A DNA stretch of 63,914 bases, filler included, from Octopus bimaculoides (GCF_001194135.2; 9 parts of 8 records of this genome joined end to end with filler, not necessarily neighbours in it), one strand, 5' to 3'; counted from the first letter of the whole stretch, positions 50,541 through 63,907 are shown. The notes: a model not told the origin generated them from the sequence alone. Made by a program: numbers and translations.

Positions 50541-53253
50541 ATTGATTCTTGTTTTATTGGCCACAAGGGCTAATATAAATTAAAAACATGTAAGGACAAA
50601 GACAGGACCAAGGTTACAAAGGGTTTTGTCCGAAAAGAAAACGTTCGTGTAAACAGTTAGGAATAACAGAGAAAGATATAACAAATAAAAGTCCCAATAG
50701 GGGGAGGCGCTTGGAANNNNNNNNNNAAAGCCACAACAGGAGCCTGGTCAGTAAATAAAAAGGGGTATAGAGCCCCTTCTCCTTTTATATTACCTTTTTT
50801 TACAGGTGTATCCTCAGAATTGGTCCATTCATACTGGCCATTTTTCCAACAGTCACCCATCTTTCTACAAATTTGCTATAAGGCAACACTTCCCTCTCTA
50901 CTCTCAGGTGTGAGAAGGGCGGGATGACTTGCAACTTGTTTTGTTGTTTGTCTCTGGAGGGTGCGATGCAGAAAGAAGGGAACAGCTCGCTGCTCTCTTC
51001 AATGGCATTTTTCAAAAATTAATATGTATAAAAGATTAAAAATTTCAAAGGTTTAAATGAAAATTTTGCCCCTAAAAGGGGAAAATTTTGCCTAACTGAC
51101 TAGCTCCGCAAGAACCTAGTCAGCTTGGCTACACAAATATACAAAAATATAACAAGTTCCAAACGATTTTCATGCAAAATTTGGCAATAACTCACAGAGC
51201 TTCAGGAGACACGTCCGTCCGCTTGAAAGACAATAACATTTATACTGCTGATTCTGAGTACGAACATGTTTCAAAAAAAGGAAATATTTGTTTAGGAGAA
51301 AAAGCTCTACTTACTGCTGTTGTTGTCTGGTGGGGTGGCTCCCTTGTGCTTCTGTGTGGGTATTTTCACCAGGGTGTGAAATAGTTTTTGGGAGAAATTT
51401 CTCCCTAGCAACCCAACATCATTTGGAAATTTGTGATAATTGTCTTGTGATATTTTTAGTGTGAGTATGTGTGCTGGTGATGTGTTGTGTGTGGGTATAA
51501 CAAAATCCGAAATGCTTGTGTCTGTATTGTTTTTCAAATATGTTACTAATTGTTCATTTTTTTGTATTTATTGCTGTAACGTTGGTGGTGTCTGTGAGTG
51601 TTGGTGTTTGCAGTGGTAGAGGTGGAGAAGGTGTTGTGAGTGGATGTTGTTGTTGTTGTTGATGATGTTGGGAAGCTCTCCTTTCTTGCGCCTCCCCTGT
51701 TTATCACTTGTTTCTTTAGTTTTCTTCCTTCTCACTGTTTTTGGTGGCACAGTGTGCCACTCCCCTTTCTCACTATCAGTACTCGCACTATCCGAGCTGA
51801 TTTGGTCAGGAAAGGGGATGTCTCTGGGGTCTGTTTCAGTTGGTGGTGAAATTTCTGTCAAAATTGTTGTTGTTGTTGTTGCTGGTGGTGATGGTGTTTT
51901 CCTTTATGTAAAGGTCCTTGGTGTTGGTCTGGTGATGGGTGGAGGTGGTGTCGCTTTTCATGGTGGTGATGGTGTTGGTGGTGTGGAGGCTTTAGGTCGT
52001 TCTTTTTGCTGCACCTCCTGTTGTTGCTGCTGCTGCAATTTTTTCTTTTTCTCTGTTTGTAGATGCGACAGTCTTTCTTTAAATGTTGGTCGCTGCTGTA
52101 GAGGTAGCACTTTGGCCTTCGCCCCTCTACAGCAACGTGTATTCTTGTGCCGTCCGGCAAATTTATAGAGTCGGGTATGGCATTTATGCTATTTTGTTCA
52201 ATTTGAACAAGGAGTTGCATGCCCATACCCAACCAGTTCCGGCTGTGCATCTAAATGTACTTCCAAAATAGTGGCAGTGTCTTAGAGGACAGCTGCCACT
52301 AGCCAGCAGATGTTGAGCTCGAGCGACACTTGTTCTATTTTGATTTTGTCACCTGCCGACCAAGGTATGTCGGCACAAGCATCAAGTTTTCAGTTTTTAA
52401 TGTGGTGGTTGAATGCTGTCTTGCATCTTCTTCTGTTGGGAAGCGGACTTCTACTGTACCAAACCGCTTCCCTTTAGTAACAAAAGTTTTTTGCCCCATA
52501 TGGGCTTCAGTGCTATTTCCAACTGTTGTGGAGTAGCATTTTCCATTTTATGGTATTTTGTGTTGAAAATTTTGTATGTAATTGTACGTCTGTTGGTTTC
52601 TGTAATAGGTGCTTGTGGAGTGTTAAGGAAGACATTATTTCTGTCTTTCCTTAACAACTCCTTTGCATCTTTTATTTCCTCCATTGTAACTTTGATCTCT
52701 TCTAAGCTTTGCTTAGCTGTGGAAGCAAAACCGTTACAATGGGTTTTGTTGTTGGTCTTGCTGGTGTTGTCCTCTTTAGTATTCATATTTTTCTTTTTCT
52801 CTTCCTCCTTCTCTGGTGTAGGAGCAATAGTGGTGGTAAGAGCAGGGAAATGTATATCCGAAAGGCGGTTTAATTCATCTGATTCAGTAGCACTGCACAT
52901 GGTGGAACACTCTTTGAAATTTACTTCTTTGCCTTTTAAGGCGTTAGATGGGCGTGTTGACGTGCGACTTGTTTTGTCATTTGTCTCCAGAGGGTGTGGT
53001 GCACAAAGAAGGGAACAGCTCACCACTCTCTTCAAAAATATTTTTTTCAAAACTATGAAGTATCAAATCAAAAGTTTAAAGTTTTGAAACGAAAATTTCG
53101 CCCCTAAAAGGGGAAAATTCCGCCTAACTGACTAACTCTGCAAGAACCCAGTTGGCTTGGCTACATAAATATTAAAAGTTTGAACAAATTGTTCAATGAA
53201 ATTGGCCAACAATTTACAGAGCTTCAGGAGACACGTCTGTCCGCTTGCAAAAC
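50541..53253 (-). mobile_element. Rearranged Tx1/L1-like non-LTR element: 5' UTR, ORF1, ORF2 stub, second 5' UTR, ORF2 C-terminus, 3' UTR
   Basis: Frameshifted ORF1 at about 53050-51307 with a gag-like knuckle remnant VEGRRPKCYLYSSDQHLKKDC. ORF2-like start MFVLRISSINV at 51267. About 330-bp direct repeat (50910-51236 vs 52945-53253). ORF2-like end RVEREVL...KFVERWVTV. Flanked by (AAT)n on the + strand at both ends. Confidence 0.72.
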
Positions 53254-53321
53254 AATAATAATAATAATAATAAAAATAATAATTGTAATAATAATAATAA
53301 TAATAATAACAAGGGCTACTG

Positions 53322-53333
53322 TTTATTTTTATT
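53322..53333 (-). promoter_or_regulatory. Tandem polyadenylation signals (AATAAA x2) of the CFAP299-like gene
   Basis: tttatttttatt on the + strand, about 175 nt downstream of the stop codon in an AT-rich 3' UTR. Confidence 0.6.
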
Positions 53334-53506
53334 TTTACATCAAACATAAACAGTGAAATACTCAAATTATACAATAAGACCAACATTTAAAGAACATTCA
53401 AACATTTCATGTATTATTATGTAGCTGATGTCATTGATGTTGTTGCTGTGGTTGGTGGTGGTGATGGTGATTGGTTCGTTCATTCGATCAGTTACACACC
53501 GAAATT

Positions 53507-53605
53507 TCATAATTTCCGTCTAGTCACGTGGTCATAGAGTACAACTTGTATGTATTTGGGAGATTTTATCTCAGTTCTCGTCGTGTTGTCACCAGGACAG
53601 GAAGT
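53507..53605 (-). CDS. CFAP299: Last coding exon of the CFAP299-like gene
   Basis: Acceptor tttctctatttctcttctgcag|, phase 0, compatible with the upstream exon. Reads TSCPGDNTTRTEIKSPKYIQVVLYDHVTRRKL-TGA, matching the CFAP299 C-terminus (PGDN.TR..I....Y.Q.V..DH..RRK). Confidence 0.9.
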   Translation of the reverse strand, partial: TSCPGDNTTRTEIKSPKYIQVVLYDHVTRRKL

Positions 53606-53769
53606 CTGCAGAAGAGAAATAGAGAAATTAGGTGGGTAAACCACGTGAATCACAGACAGACATGTAGGTAGGTAGAGTAACTGAGGGAGGAGTGAGTGAA
53701 TGAGATATATACATACACTGACAGCCAGACAGACATATATAAATAAATAAGTAGACATGCATATATACT

Positions 53770-54158
53770 CTTTTACTTGTTTCAGTCATTTGACTGCGGC
53801 CATGCTGGAGCACCGCCTTTAGTCAAGGAAATCGACCCCAGGATTTATTCTTTGTAAGCCTAGTACTTATTCTATTGGTCTCTTTTTGCCGAACCGCTAA
53901 GTTACGGGGACGTAAACACACCAGCATCGGTTGTCAAGTGATGGTGGGGGGACAAACACAAACANNNNNNNNNNACATATATATACATATATTCGACGGG
54001 CTTCTTTCAGTTTCCGTCTACCAAATCCACTCACAAGGCTTTTGGTCGGCCCGAGGCTATAGTAGAAGACACTTGCCCAAGGTGCCACGCAGTGGGACTG
54101 AACCCGGAACCATGTGGTTGGTAAGCAAGCTACTTACCACACAGCCACTCCTGCGCCT
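53770..54158 (-). mobile_element. SINE family B, full length, in the last CFAP299 intron
   Basis: Near-identical to 37712-38087. Confidence 0.88.
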
Positions 54159-54279
54159 ATATATATATACATACATACATACACACACATATATATATAC
54201 ATACAGCAACTGGATCTCATTACTCAGTTTTCTAGACATTGGGCATGGAAAAGTTGTTGTCCTCTGAAAAGCTAAAAAT

Positions 54280-54700
54280 GAACAGGTTGACAATACAACC
54301 TCTAAAGTCAGGTGACAAATATAAGTAAGTTGGACCAGATGAGAATATCAGATATGATGGACCCATAAATGAGGAGAGGATCAGCAGAGTAAAGAGAATA
54401 TGGTCATCAAAATTCTTAGTTTACAACACGCATATTGCACACAATACCTTTGAAGTGCCTGTCCTCATACCTAAGTTTGGCCCTCTGAACCGGCCACTGC
54501 AAGAACTCAGATGTTTGAACTTGCAAGCCGCTCAATGTTACAGGAAACTTCAACACCAACGGAGATGTAGACAAGCTATACTTCCCATGCAAGGAAGGTG
54601 GCCATGGTCTCAAATCTGTATTGATGTCATATGAAACACATATTGTGACACTGAAACAATATCTGAAGCAGATATTGCAGGAGTTTTCAAATCCAGAACA
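54280..54700 (+). mobile_element. R4/Dong-type LINE fragment in the last CFAP299 intron
   Basis: IQPLKSGDKYK, RVKRIWSS and NGDVDKLYFPCKEGGHGLKSV. Related to 8570-9770. Confidence 0.7.
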
Positions 54701-55217
54701 CATAATACACTTTTAACTTTATATCCATTATTATTGGAGCAACAGGATACATACCAACCTGTCTAGAGCAAATAATGGCTGAAATTGGGATCTTGGGGAA
54801 AGAATGCAAATCCTTAATTCCTACGCTACAAATGATCATGATATCTGGGAGCATAAAAATCTACAAGACCTTCTAGGATTTAAAGGATGATGATTAAAAG
54901 GTGATTTCCTTCACCACCTTGCTACTAAGTAGGTGACCAGTCAAAATTTACTTTAAATTAAAAAGGGAAAAAGAAGAACTTTCATACATACATACATACA
55001 TACATACATACACATGCACACAAAGATACAGAGCATTGTCAGTTGACTGCACTGGAGCAATGTGAAATGAAATATTTTGCTCAAGAACGCAACACATCAT
55101 CCTCTCCGGGAATGGAAACCACAAACTTACAGTCACGAGTACAGCACCTTATCCACAAGATCACATGACTTCTACGTAATAGTAAAATAGTAAAAATATC
55201 AAAGATACATAACTTAC

Positions 55218-55347
55218 CCCCGGATCAACTTTCATAATCTTGCGATCCTTTTTATTTTTGAACATCAATCCCTGAACATTTTCTGCAATTACTTGATAGT
55301 TTGGTGTTGGACAAGAAGAGGAGGTCTGAGTCTCCCAGTTGTAGAAA
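55218..55347 (-). CDS. CFAP299: Penultimate coding exon of a CFAP299/C4orf22-like gene (cilia- and flagella-associated protein)
   Basis: 130-nt exon bounded by ttttgttgcag| and |gtaagt. After one phase nucleotide it reads [43 protein letters not shown]. This matches my recollection of CFAP299 (SFYNW...PNYQVIADNPEGLLF..KRDRKILNVDP). Confidence 0.9.
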
Positions 55348-55744
55348 CTGCAACAAAACATTGAAGTATTAATATTATTGAGAAGCAATGTAGTGACAGA
55401 TCAGAGGTATATTAAGAAGCTTGACGTTCTTCGTAATAATAACTACCTGTGGTCTTTGAATCTTTCAAAACAAGTAATTCAGAAAGACAATCTATCTGTG
55501 TCCCTATTTATCTTGATATTAAACTCACTACCACTTGCTTGATTTCATACGAATGGAAATAAAACTGTCAAATGTAATAATGTCATTGCTGATTTTCACC
55601 AAATGCAACACTAATAAAAATATATATATACCATCAAAAAGAAAGACCAAAAAAACATATTGAATATATAAAAGATGACATAATCGAGAGAAAGAAAACC
55701 TATAACTACCTCCCTGAGGAAACATAAGAAAAAATAACAAAGTG

Positions 55745-55960
55745 GGTAAGGCGACAAGCTGGCAGAAGCGTTAGCACTCTGGGCGAAATGCTTAGCAATA
55801 TTTCGTCTGTCTTTATGTTCTGAGTTCAAATTCCGCCAAGGTTGACTTTGCCTTTCATCTTTCGGGGTCGATAAATCAAGTACCAGTTGTGTACTGGAGT
55901 TGATCTAATTGATTGGTTCCCTCCCCAAAAATTCTGGGTCTTGTACCTAGAGTAGAAAAG
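55745..55960 (+). mobile_element. SINE family A, intronic
   Basis: Full head, core and type-2 tail. Confidence 0.82.
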
Positions 55961-56249
55961 GGGGTAAGCAACAGAAGGAAGAGAGGGAGGAGGAGCAATG
56001 GGTTAATCTTTTACTCTTTTACTTGTTTCAGTCATTTGATTGCGGCCATGCTGGAGTACCACGTTGACAGGTTTAAGTCAAACAAATCGATCCCAGGACT
56101 TATTTTTTTAAGCCTCGTACTTATTTTATCAGTCTCTTTTCCCAAACCGCTAGGCTACGGGAACATAAACATACCAACATAGGTTGTCAAGTGGTGATGG
56201 TAGGGGACAGACACTGACATAAAAACACACAAACACAGATATATATATA

Positions 56250-56520
56250 TAAATGCTTGAGCCATGCAGGCTTGGTCAGCCAGCAGAGAATTCACAAGAA
56301 TCAACTCTTTGTAAATTGTGATATGGCTATTGTTCACAAGAGAACATGTCAAACGTGTGTCTGCCAATTGGAGGATTGAAAAGGCACGTCAAAAGACTTT
56401 GTACTGTGGCACTTGTTCCTTCTGCCAGCCAGCACAGCAGTGCAATATGCAATGGAATGTGCAAATCTATGGCCAGGCTCAAGAGTCACATTGCATTGTC
56501 AATGACTCATTTCAATGATT
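56250..56520 (+). mobile_element. RTE/BovB-like 3' fragment
   Basis: AICNGMCKSMARLKSH resembles the RTE C-terminal C..C...C.S.AGL.SH motif. Confidence 0.45.
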
Positions 56521-56693
56521 CTTTCTAGCAATGGCTTTGCTTGTATACGAGAAAGAAGCTATATATATATACACACACACACATACACATACATAAATGT
56601 ATGTATATAGAGATGTATCTACATATATACATGCATACATATACATATATATATACATACATACATACCTCTATGTATGTATGTATGTATGTA

Positions 56694-56745
<52 letters not shown>

Positions 56746-57171
56746 NNNNNNNNNNNNNNNNNNNNNNNNNNNNNNNNNNNNNNNNNNNNTTAATTAATTA
56801 ANNNNNNNNNNNNNNNNNNNNNNNNNNNNNNNNNNNNNNNNNNNNTATATATATATATATATATATATGAAGAAGTAAAATATTACAAGACATTGTAAAT
56901 ATTGTAGAAAAACAGACAAACTAAACAAAGTGTCGACATCTAATACAATACAGTACAATACACATGACAACAAAAGATCTGTTCGACATCGGGGTTTTTT
57001 AATGGAACCGAAATTCTGCCACTATAGTCTTGGCTTATACGAAGGGTGTATGAAAAGTCTTGAGCTTCAAAAAAACAAAACATGGTACAAGACTTCTGAT
57101 GAAGGCACAAGACTTCATGGCTCAAAGACCTTGATAGCTCAAAACTTAAAACATAAATGCATGAATGAGTA

Positions 57172-57243
<72 letters not shown>

Positions 57244-60200
57244 TGAGAGAGACAAAGAGGGAGAGAGAGCATCTGAAGGATACATATATATGTATGTGTG
57301 TATGAATGGTATGTGTATGTATGCAAGCTTAAATGTGTGCGCGCGCATTCAGAAATAAAACTNNNNNNNNNNNNNNNNNNNNNNNNNNNNNNNNNNNNNN
57401 NNNNNNNNNNNNNNNNNNNNNNNNNNNNNNNNNNNNNNNNNNNNNNNNNNNNNNNNNNNNNNNNNNNNNNNNNNNNNNNNNNNNNNNNNNNNNNNNNNNN
57501 NNNNNNNNNNNNNNNNNNNNNNNNNNNNNNNNNNNNNNNNNNNNNNNNNNNNNNNNNNNNNNNNNNNNNNNNNNNNNNNNNNNNNNNNNNNNNNNNNNNN
57601 NNNNNNNNNNNNNNNNNNNNNNNNNNNNNNNNNNNNNNNNNNNNNNNNNNNNNNNNNNNNNNNNNNNNNNNNNNNNNNNNNNNNNNNNNNNNAATAAATA
57701 CAAAAAAGGGGTTTTGTATGATCGTGTATAGAGGAATATATTATTTTATTTAAAAGAGTTCCAACTCTGTCTGTTTTTTATGTTTTATTTATATTCTTGT
57801 AAAATTAATGTGGGATATAGAATATGGAATATATAATATATAATATAAAAATGGATGGTACAATGAAATGAAGTATTGAATGTCTTATTGAATATATGAA
57901 ATATTGAGTGTTCAATATAAAGGATTAAATATATAAAGGCGAATACGTATTTTCAATACCTTGTGGTATTTCATCATGGCCGGTCTCTGACAGACTGTAA
58001 ATTTTTTAATTTGCCAAACTTTTGGGTTTTTACAGAGGTAAATAGTAAATGAATAAAATTCAAAGTAAAGCTTGAATGAAAACTTTTTGAATATATATAT
58101 TTGTTTGTTTGCGTGTATGCGCGCGCGCGTGTGTGCGTGCTTGTGCATGTTATACAACAATTTGGTCCGATCATCGTTGGAACACACTATTCTTTGAAAA
58201 AAAGTGACTGAGAAACACCCATTTAGAGAAAGCAGCATATTTGATTGACTTGGTACCTGTTATTGATGAATATTCAATTATAATCTTTGCTTGTGGAAAC
58301 CAAATGCAACTGAAGAGGATATATATGAACTCAAATCGTGTAGAAACGGGTGTAATTTTTATCTCAGCACTACAATAATATCACAATATATTTAAAAATT
58401 CAGAATTTATCAATTTAAGCTGTGATCGTATGCGGATCAAACTCGGTAATAGTTCAGATGATATGCATAATACTGGTCAGTGCCACTGAAATATTAATAA
58501 TAGTGATAATGATAAAACACTGAACCATGGAGTATTACTACGTTTGTTTCTACTTATACTGGAAATATGATACCACAAAAGGCAACTCACTCTGAAGAGA
58601 GAAATGTAATATGAGTGTGTCTGCGTGCGCGTGTGTATGCGTGTGCTTGAGTCTGTCTACCTGCCTGCCTTTCAGCCTGTACGTTTTATTTGTATATGTG
58701 TATATTTATATAAGCATGCAGTTATATGTAGGTGTGTGTGAGTGTGTGTGTTTGTGCAAGTGTTTGTGTGTGTGTGTGTGTGTGTGTGCATATATGTATA
58801 TGCATTTATATATGTATAAGTGTGTGCGGTTGCATGTGTATATGTATGCCTATATATATATNNNNNNNNNNNNNNNNNNNNNNNNNNNNNNNNNNNNNNN
58901 NNNNNTTAATTAATTAANNNNNNNNNNNNNNNNNNNNNNNNNNNNNNNNNNNNNNNNNNNNAAGTGAGTTAACAGAGCTCTATTTTATTTTCTTTAATAA
59001 AGAGAAAAACCTACTGTTTGTGAGATACGGTCGATTATGCCTGTGTATGTATAACTTCCACGAAAGATCATCAGACACTAATCGGTCAAACACTTCGTGC
59101 TGGAGCGATTGTCTGAGTCAGGTATTCTTTTTGAGTGAAAAAGATGTAATGTTCCAATGAGGTTTAATGACTCTAACTTGTTAATGGTGGAAGTGGTGTG
59201 GGTTTCGTTGTAATTTTACGACCAAATCAGCCTTGATTGGGCAGTTTTAGGATAAAAAATGTCCCTATCGGGACGTGAACATCTTGTCTTTTTGTATACC
59301 AAAATCTTCGTAATCTAACCTTTTATTTGTTTCAGTCATTGGACTGTGGCCATGCTGGGGTACTGCTTTGGAAAATTTTTTAGTCGAACGACAAAGGAAG
59401 GAGGTAAAGTCACAGAAACCAGAGAGTGGCAGGCTTGATTGCATACAATACTTAAATGAGTTCCTTCTCTACACTTCCTTGAAAAAAGGAAAGAATCATT
59501 AGATCGTCCGATAAAATTGCTTGTGGTAATTTTTAAGCCCTTTACGCCCTCGGTTCAAATCCTGTCGAGATCAACTTGCCCTTTCAAAGTCAATAAAATA
59601 AAGTATTAGTCTAAGTCAATGAATTGGCAAAATTTTTAGAGCATTGGACAAAATGCTTTGGGATATTTTTCTGGGACTTCTTTCATGTTCTGAACGCCAG
59701 ATAGGTGGAACGAGCTTATCTGCGTCTCTTGTTGACAAGATGATGTCTTGTAAAAAGATAAATGTAAGGTAACAAGAAATTACCATCGTGATCTCTCAAA
59801 GAAATTCCGTGGCAAGAAATTAGTGCTTCTAAAGGAGATTACCATAAACTGTTTACAATCTGTGGGCATAGAAATGTAAGTCATCTCATTTCGAATTCAC
59901 CATTCCTCTTTGATTTATGCAATTCATCTTTCCATGAACGATAAAAAAAAACTTGATACATACAATGATAATTTCAAACTACGGTGCCTTTTTGCAAATT
60001 TGTGGCCTTGAGACATTCGAAGATATCATTTTTTTTTTTTAACTAGAAAGTGTGAAAATTGGCAAACATATAAGAGAGACAGTGACGAAGTGTCATATAA
60101 CATTCAATTACATTCTACGTTTGAAGTCTAATTCCGCGAACGTTAACTGTACATTATACTCAATGGAAGCCGGTGCCTATAATACATGAAGATCTATTCA

Positions 60201-60691
60201 ATCGACTGTATCTGTGCAGCACAAAGGTTCACTTTACGTTTGTTTAAAAAGCTCAATATTACTTTTTAAGAGAGCAGTGAGAAAACAAAGGAAATAAAGA
60301 ATATTAGAAAATATTGTTGTAAAATACAAGGACGATTTCATCACCTGAAGTTTAAATTTAGGCTTGAATTCACTTCTAAATAACAACTATAGTTGTTTTC
60401 TTTTCTTTTCCTTTGATGTTAGCTTTCGTTATTTTCATATACAAGTGGTTTGCTTCTTTAAATTTTTTCATTTTTTTTTTTTTTCAGCATACCAGNNNNN
60501 NNNNNNNNNNNNNNNNNNNNNNNNNNNNNNNNNNNNNNNTTAATTAATTAANNNNNNNNNNNNNNNNNNNNNNNNNNNNNNNNNNNNNNNNNNNNTATAT
60601 ATACATTGTATATGTATGTATGTATGTATCTATCTACCTCTCTCTTTCTCTCTCTCTCTATATATATAGATAGATTTACAATGTATATGTG

Positions 60692-60741
<50 letters not shown>

Positions 60742-61599
60742 CGTGCGTGTATAAACGTACATACACTTATATGTATGTATGTAAGTATGTATGTAGCTAT
60801 ATGTGTGTGTTTATGTATGTATTTTCTCGGTCGTAGTAAAAGTTTGAAAAAGTTATGAATTATTCTCTTTAGTCAACAATTCAATTAGTCTAACAAAAAA
60901 TCAGATTAAGGGTTTTTCTCAATTTAGAACAAAGTGGTGGAAAAACTCTCAAAGGGGACATTTTCAAGAGAAAATTTCGGAAAAACATAAAAAATTATGC
61001 TTAAAAAACAAAAGTAACAAAAATAACAAAAAATAAAACCCGTCAGCAAAATTGCGAACACAACCGAAGGGGATTAGTAAATTATTTTCGAAAAACGAAA
61101 TAGTTTTAAATTTCTAAAATTATTTCAGGCTCGAAATATATTAGTATAGCAAGGGCTTTCATAGTGCAAGTGAAAAAATCTGGAAAGTATTGTATGAAAC
61201 ACAAAACAATCAAATGTTTTATAATTGGAATTAGAAATAGTTTTGATTAAAATGGATTTAATATATAATGTTTTTGGTTTCGTTTGTGACGTTGTTGATT
61301 AGTCGTAGGTGAGTTTCAATGGCTCACGATGTGAAGATGTGAGCCTTTATGCCAAGGCTCCGCACTCACTAATTCGTTCGCTACAGCTCTTATCAAAATG
61401 CAAAAGCTCTGAAACAGTACATTTATGATCAAAAGATATCGAATATATCAAAAGCTCTAATTTACTCTGCTAATCCTAGAGATTAAATGGGTTTGACGAA
61501 TAATAGAGTTAAAGCTCGCTTTTATTAACATATATATACATTTAGAAACCAGAAAAATTTCCACAAATCTTTGTGAGCATATGTTGTTCATGTGTACGT

Positions 61600-61675
<76 letters not shown>

Positions 61676-62036
61676 CGCGCGTGTAACTGTGTGTATCTAC
61701 GACTACATTATACAATGAATCCATTTTTACAAGAGAGTAAGGTTTTTATTTGTGGGTTATTTGGTTGTTATTCTAAGAATGAGAGATTACAACATAGAGA
61801 ATCATTCAATTTAAAAAGACAGAAATGCTAGACATCTTGTTTGATATTAGTAACGAGTCAACAAAATTTCGAAATATCGATTTGTTAAATTCCAGCAACG
61901 GTTAAGATAAATTATATGTGTGTGTTTGTGTGTGTGTGTGCGTATGTGTGTGTGTATACGTACCTATACATAAATGTATATGTATGCACACACATATGCA
62001 CATACACACATGCATACACATACATGCATATATACG

Positions 62037-62068
<32 letters not shown>

Positions 62069-62076
62069 AATACATA

Positions 62077-62182
<106 letters not shown>

Positions 62183-62334
62183 CATACGCACATACATATA
62201 TGGATACATACACGTACATACGTACGTACGTATGTATATATATATGTTTAGTGTTGAATTTAGAACGTAATGACGGACGAAATGGCGCTAAGTGCATTGT
62301 CAGGCCTGTTAACAATTCTGCCCTGCTCGCATGA

Positions 62335-62392
<58 letters not shown>

Positions 62393-62698
62393 TATATATA
62401 GATAGGTAGACAGATAAATAAACAGAAAGAGAGAGAGAATGACAAAAAAACAAAGATTGAGACAGAGTGAGTTAGATCGATAGACAGACAGACAGACAGA
62501 TTGATAGACAGATATAAATGCACACACCTACAAAAGACATCGGTTATAATTTATTTTAATCTGTTCTGATTTGTTTTCGAAATTACATTATCGCCATTNN
62601 NNNNNNNNNNNNNNNNNNNNNNNNNNNNNNNNNNNNNNNNNNTTAATTAATTAANNNNNNNNNNNNNNNNNNNNNNNNNNNNNNNNNNNNNNNNNNNN

Positions 62699-62736
<38 letters not shown>

Positions 62737-62750
62737 CATACATACAAAAA

Positions 62751-63290
62751 TGCCCTGTTGTTCATGTTGAAATTCTAATGAAGGAACTTTGGATCTAGAT
62801 TAGAAAACGGTTCTTTATTGGTAACAAATCTTGAAATAAACTGAATAATGACATACATACAATCATACATGCATACATACCTACGTACATACGTATATAC
62901 GTACGTACTCACATATATACGTACGTACGTACATACGTACATACATACATGCGAACATACATATATACATACTATGTATATACATATATACATACGTACA
63001 TACATACATATACATACATACGTACATTATACATACATTCATGCATACATACATACATACATGCATACATACGTATGTACATACATACGTACATACATAG
63101 TACATGCATGCATGTATTCATACATACATACATAGATATATACATACATGCATACATACCCAAATACCTGTCGTTTGTGTTGAAATTTCAACGAAGGAGC
63201 CTTGTGTCTAGGTTAGAAACCGGCTTTCTTTTTCTCTACTGGCAAGTAATCTTGTAAAAAAACTTAATAATGACATACATACACGCATAT
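62751..63290 (+). repeat. Two ~105-bp direct repeats, each followed by (CATA)n
   Basis: 62751-62850 and 63164-63272 share gttgaaatt..aa.gaagga.c.ttg..tctag.ttagaaa..gg...aataatgacatac. Confidence 0.8.
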
Positions 63291-63875
63291 AAATCCATAT
63301 ACATATGCATACTAATACATACATATATGCTTATATGTACGCATATATATATATGCAAAATAAAGGAAACAAATACGCGTGTGAAGTACATTAATTAACA
63401 ATTTGAAGCGACATTCTTCGTAGACTCTGCTGGAACATATCGGAATTATAGTGTAATATAACTATCAAAGACAGATCTATAAACGATGCAGAATAAACAT
63501 ATGAGAAACTTCCTATCCAAATATCATATAAATATACGGAGAAGATATAACCATGTAATAAGTTTAGTATATTAATTACAAAACAGTAACGGTGTTTATT
63601 ACATCCTGAATATATATTTGGGCAAATATAACTGAATTATATTCCAGTGTCTCTGTTGATGTGTCTGGTGACGTTAAAACAAAAGCGACAAATTTACATT
63701 TACAGCATTCATATTGGTTCAAGAGTGGCCAGGAGGTTAAAGACTCATTTTCGAACCATGTAGCTTCAGGTTCAGTCTTACTGCGTGGCATTTGGCAAAC
63801 GTCTTCTACAGTAACCTCGGTCCGACCAATGTCTTATGAATAAATTTGGTAGACGAAAATGCGTGGAAGATTGTA

Positions 63876-63907
<32 letters not shown>

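Noticed and set aside
53309-53320. acaagggcta, matching the Tx1-like 3' end
   Set aside because: Only about 10 nt and inside the host 3' UTR; could be chance.
54057-54293. ORF family RRRSGCVVSSLLT...LGKCLLL repeated at several loci
   Set aside because: It is the translated head of SINE family B, not a gene.
57090-57135. CTGATGA motif suggesting a hammerhead
   Set aside because: No downstream GAAA or closing helices.
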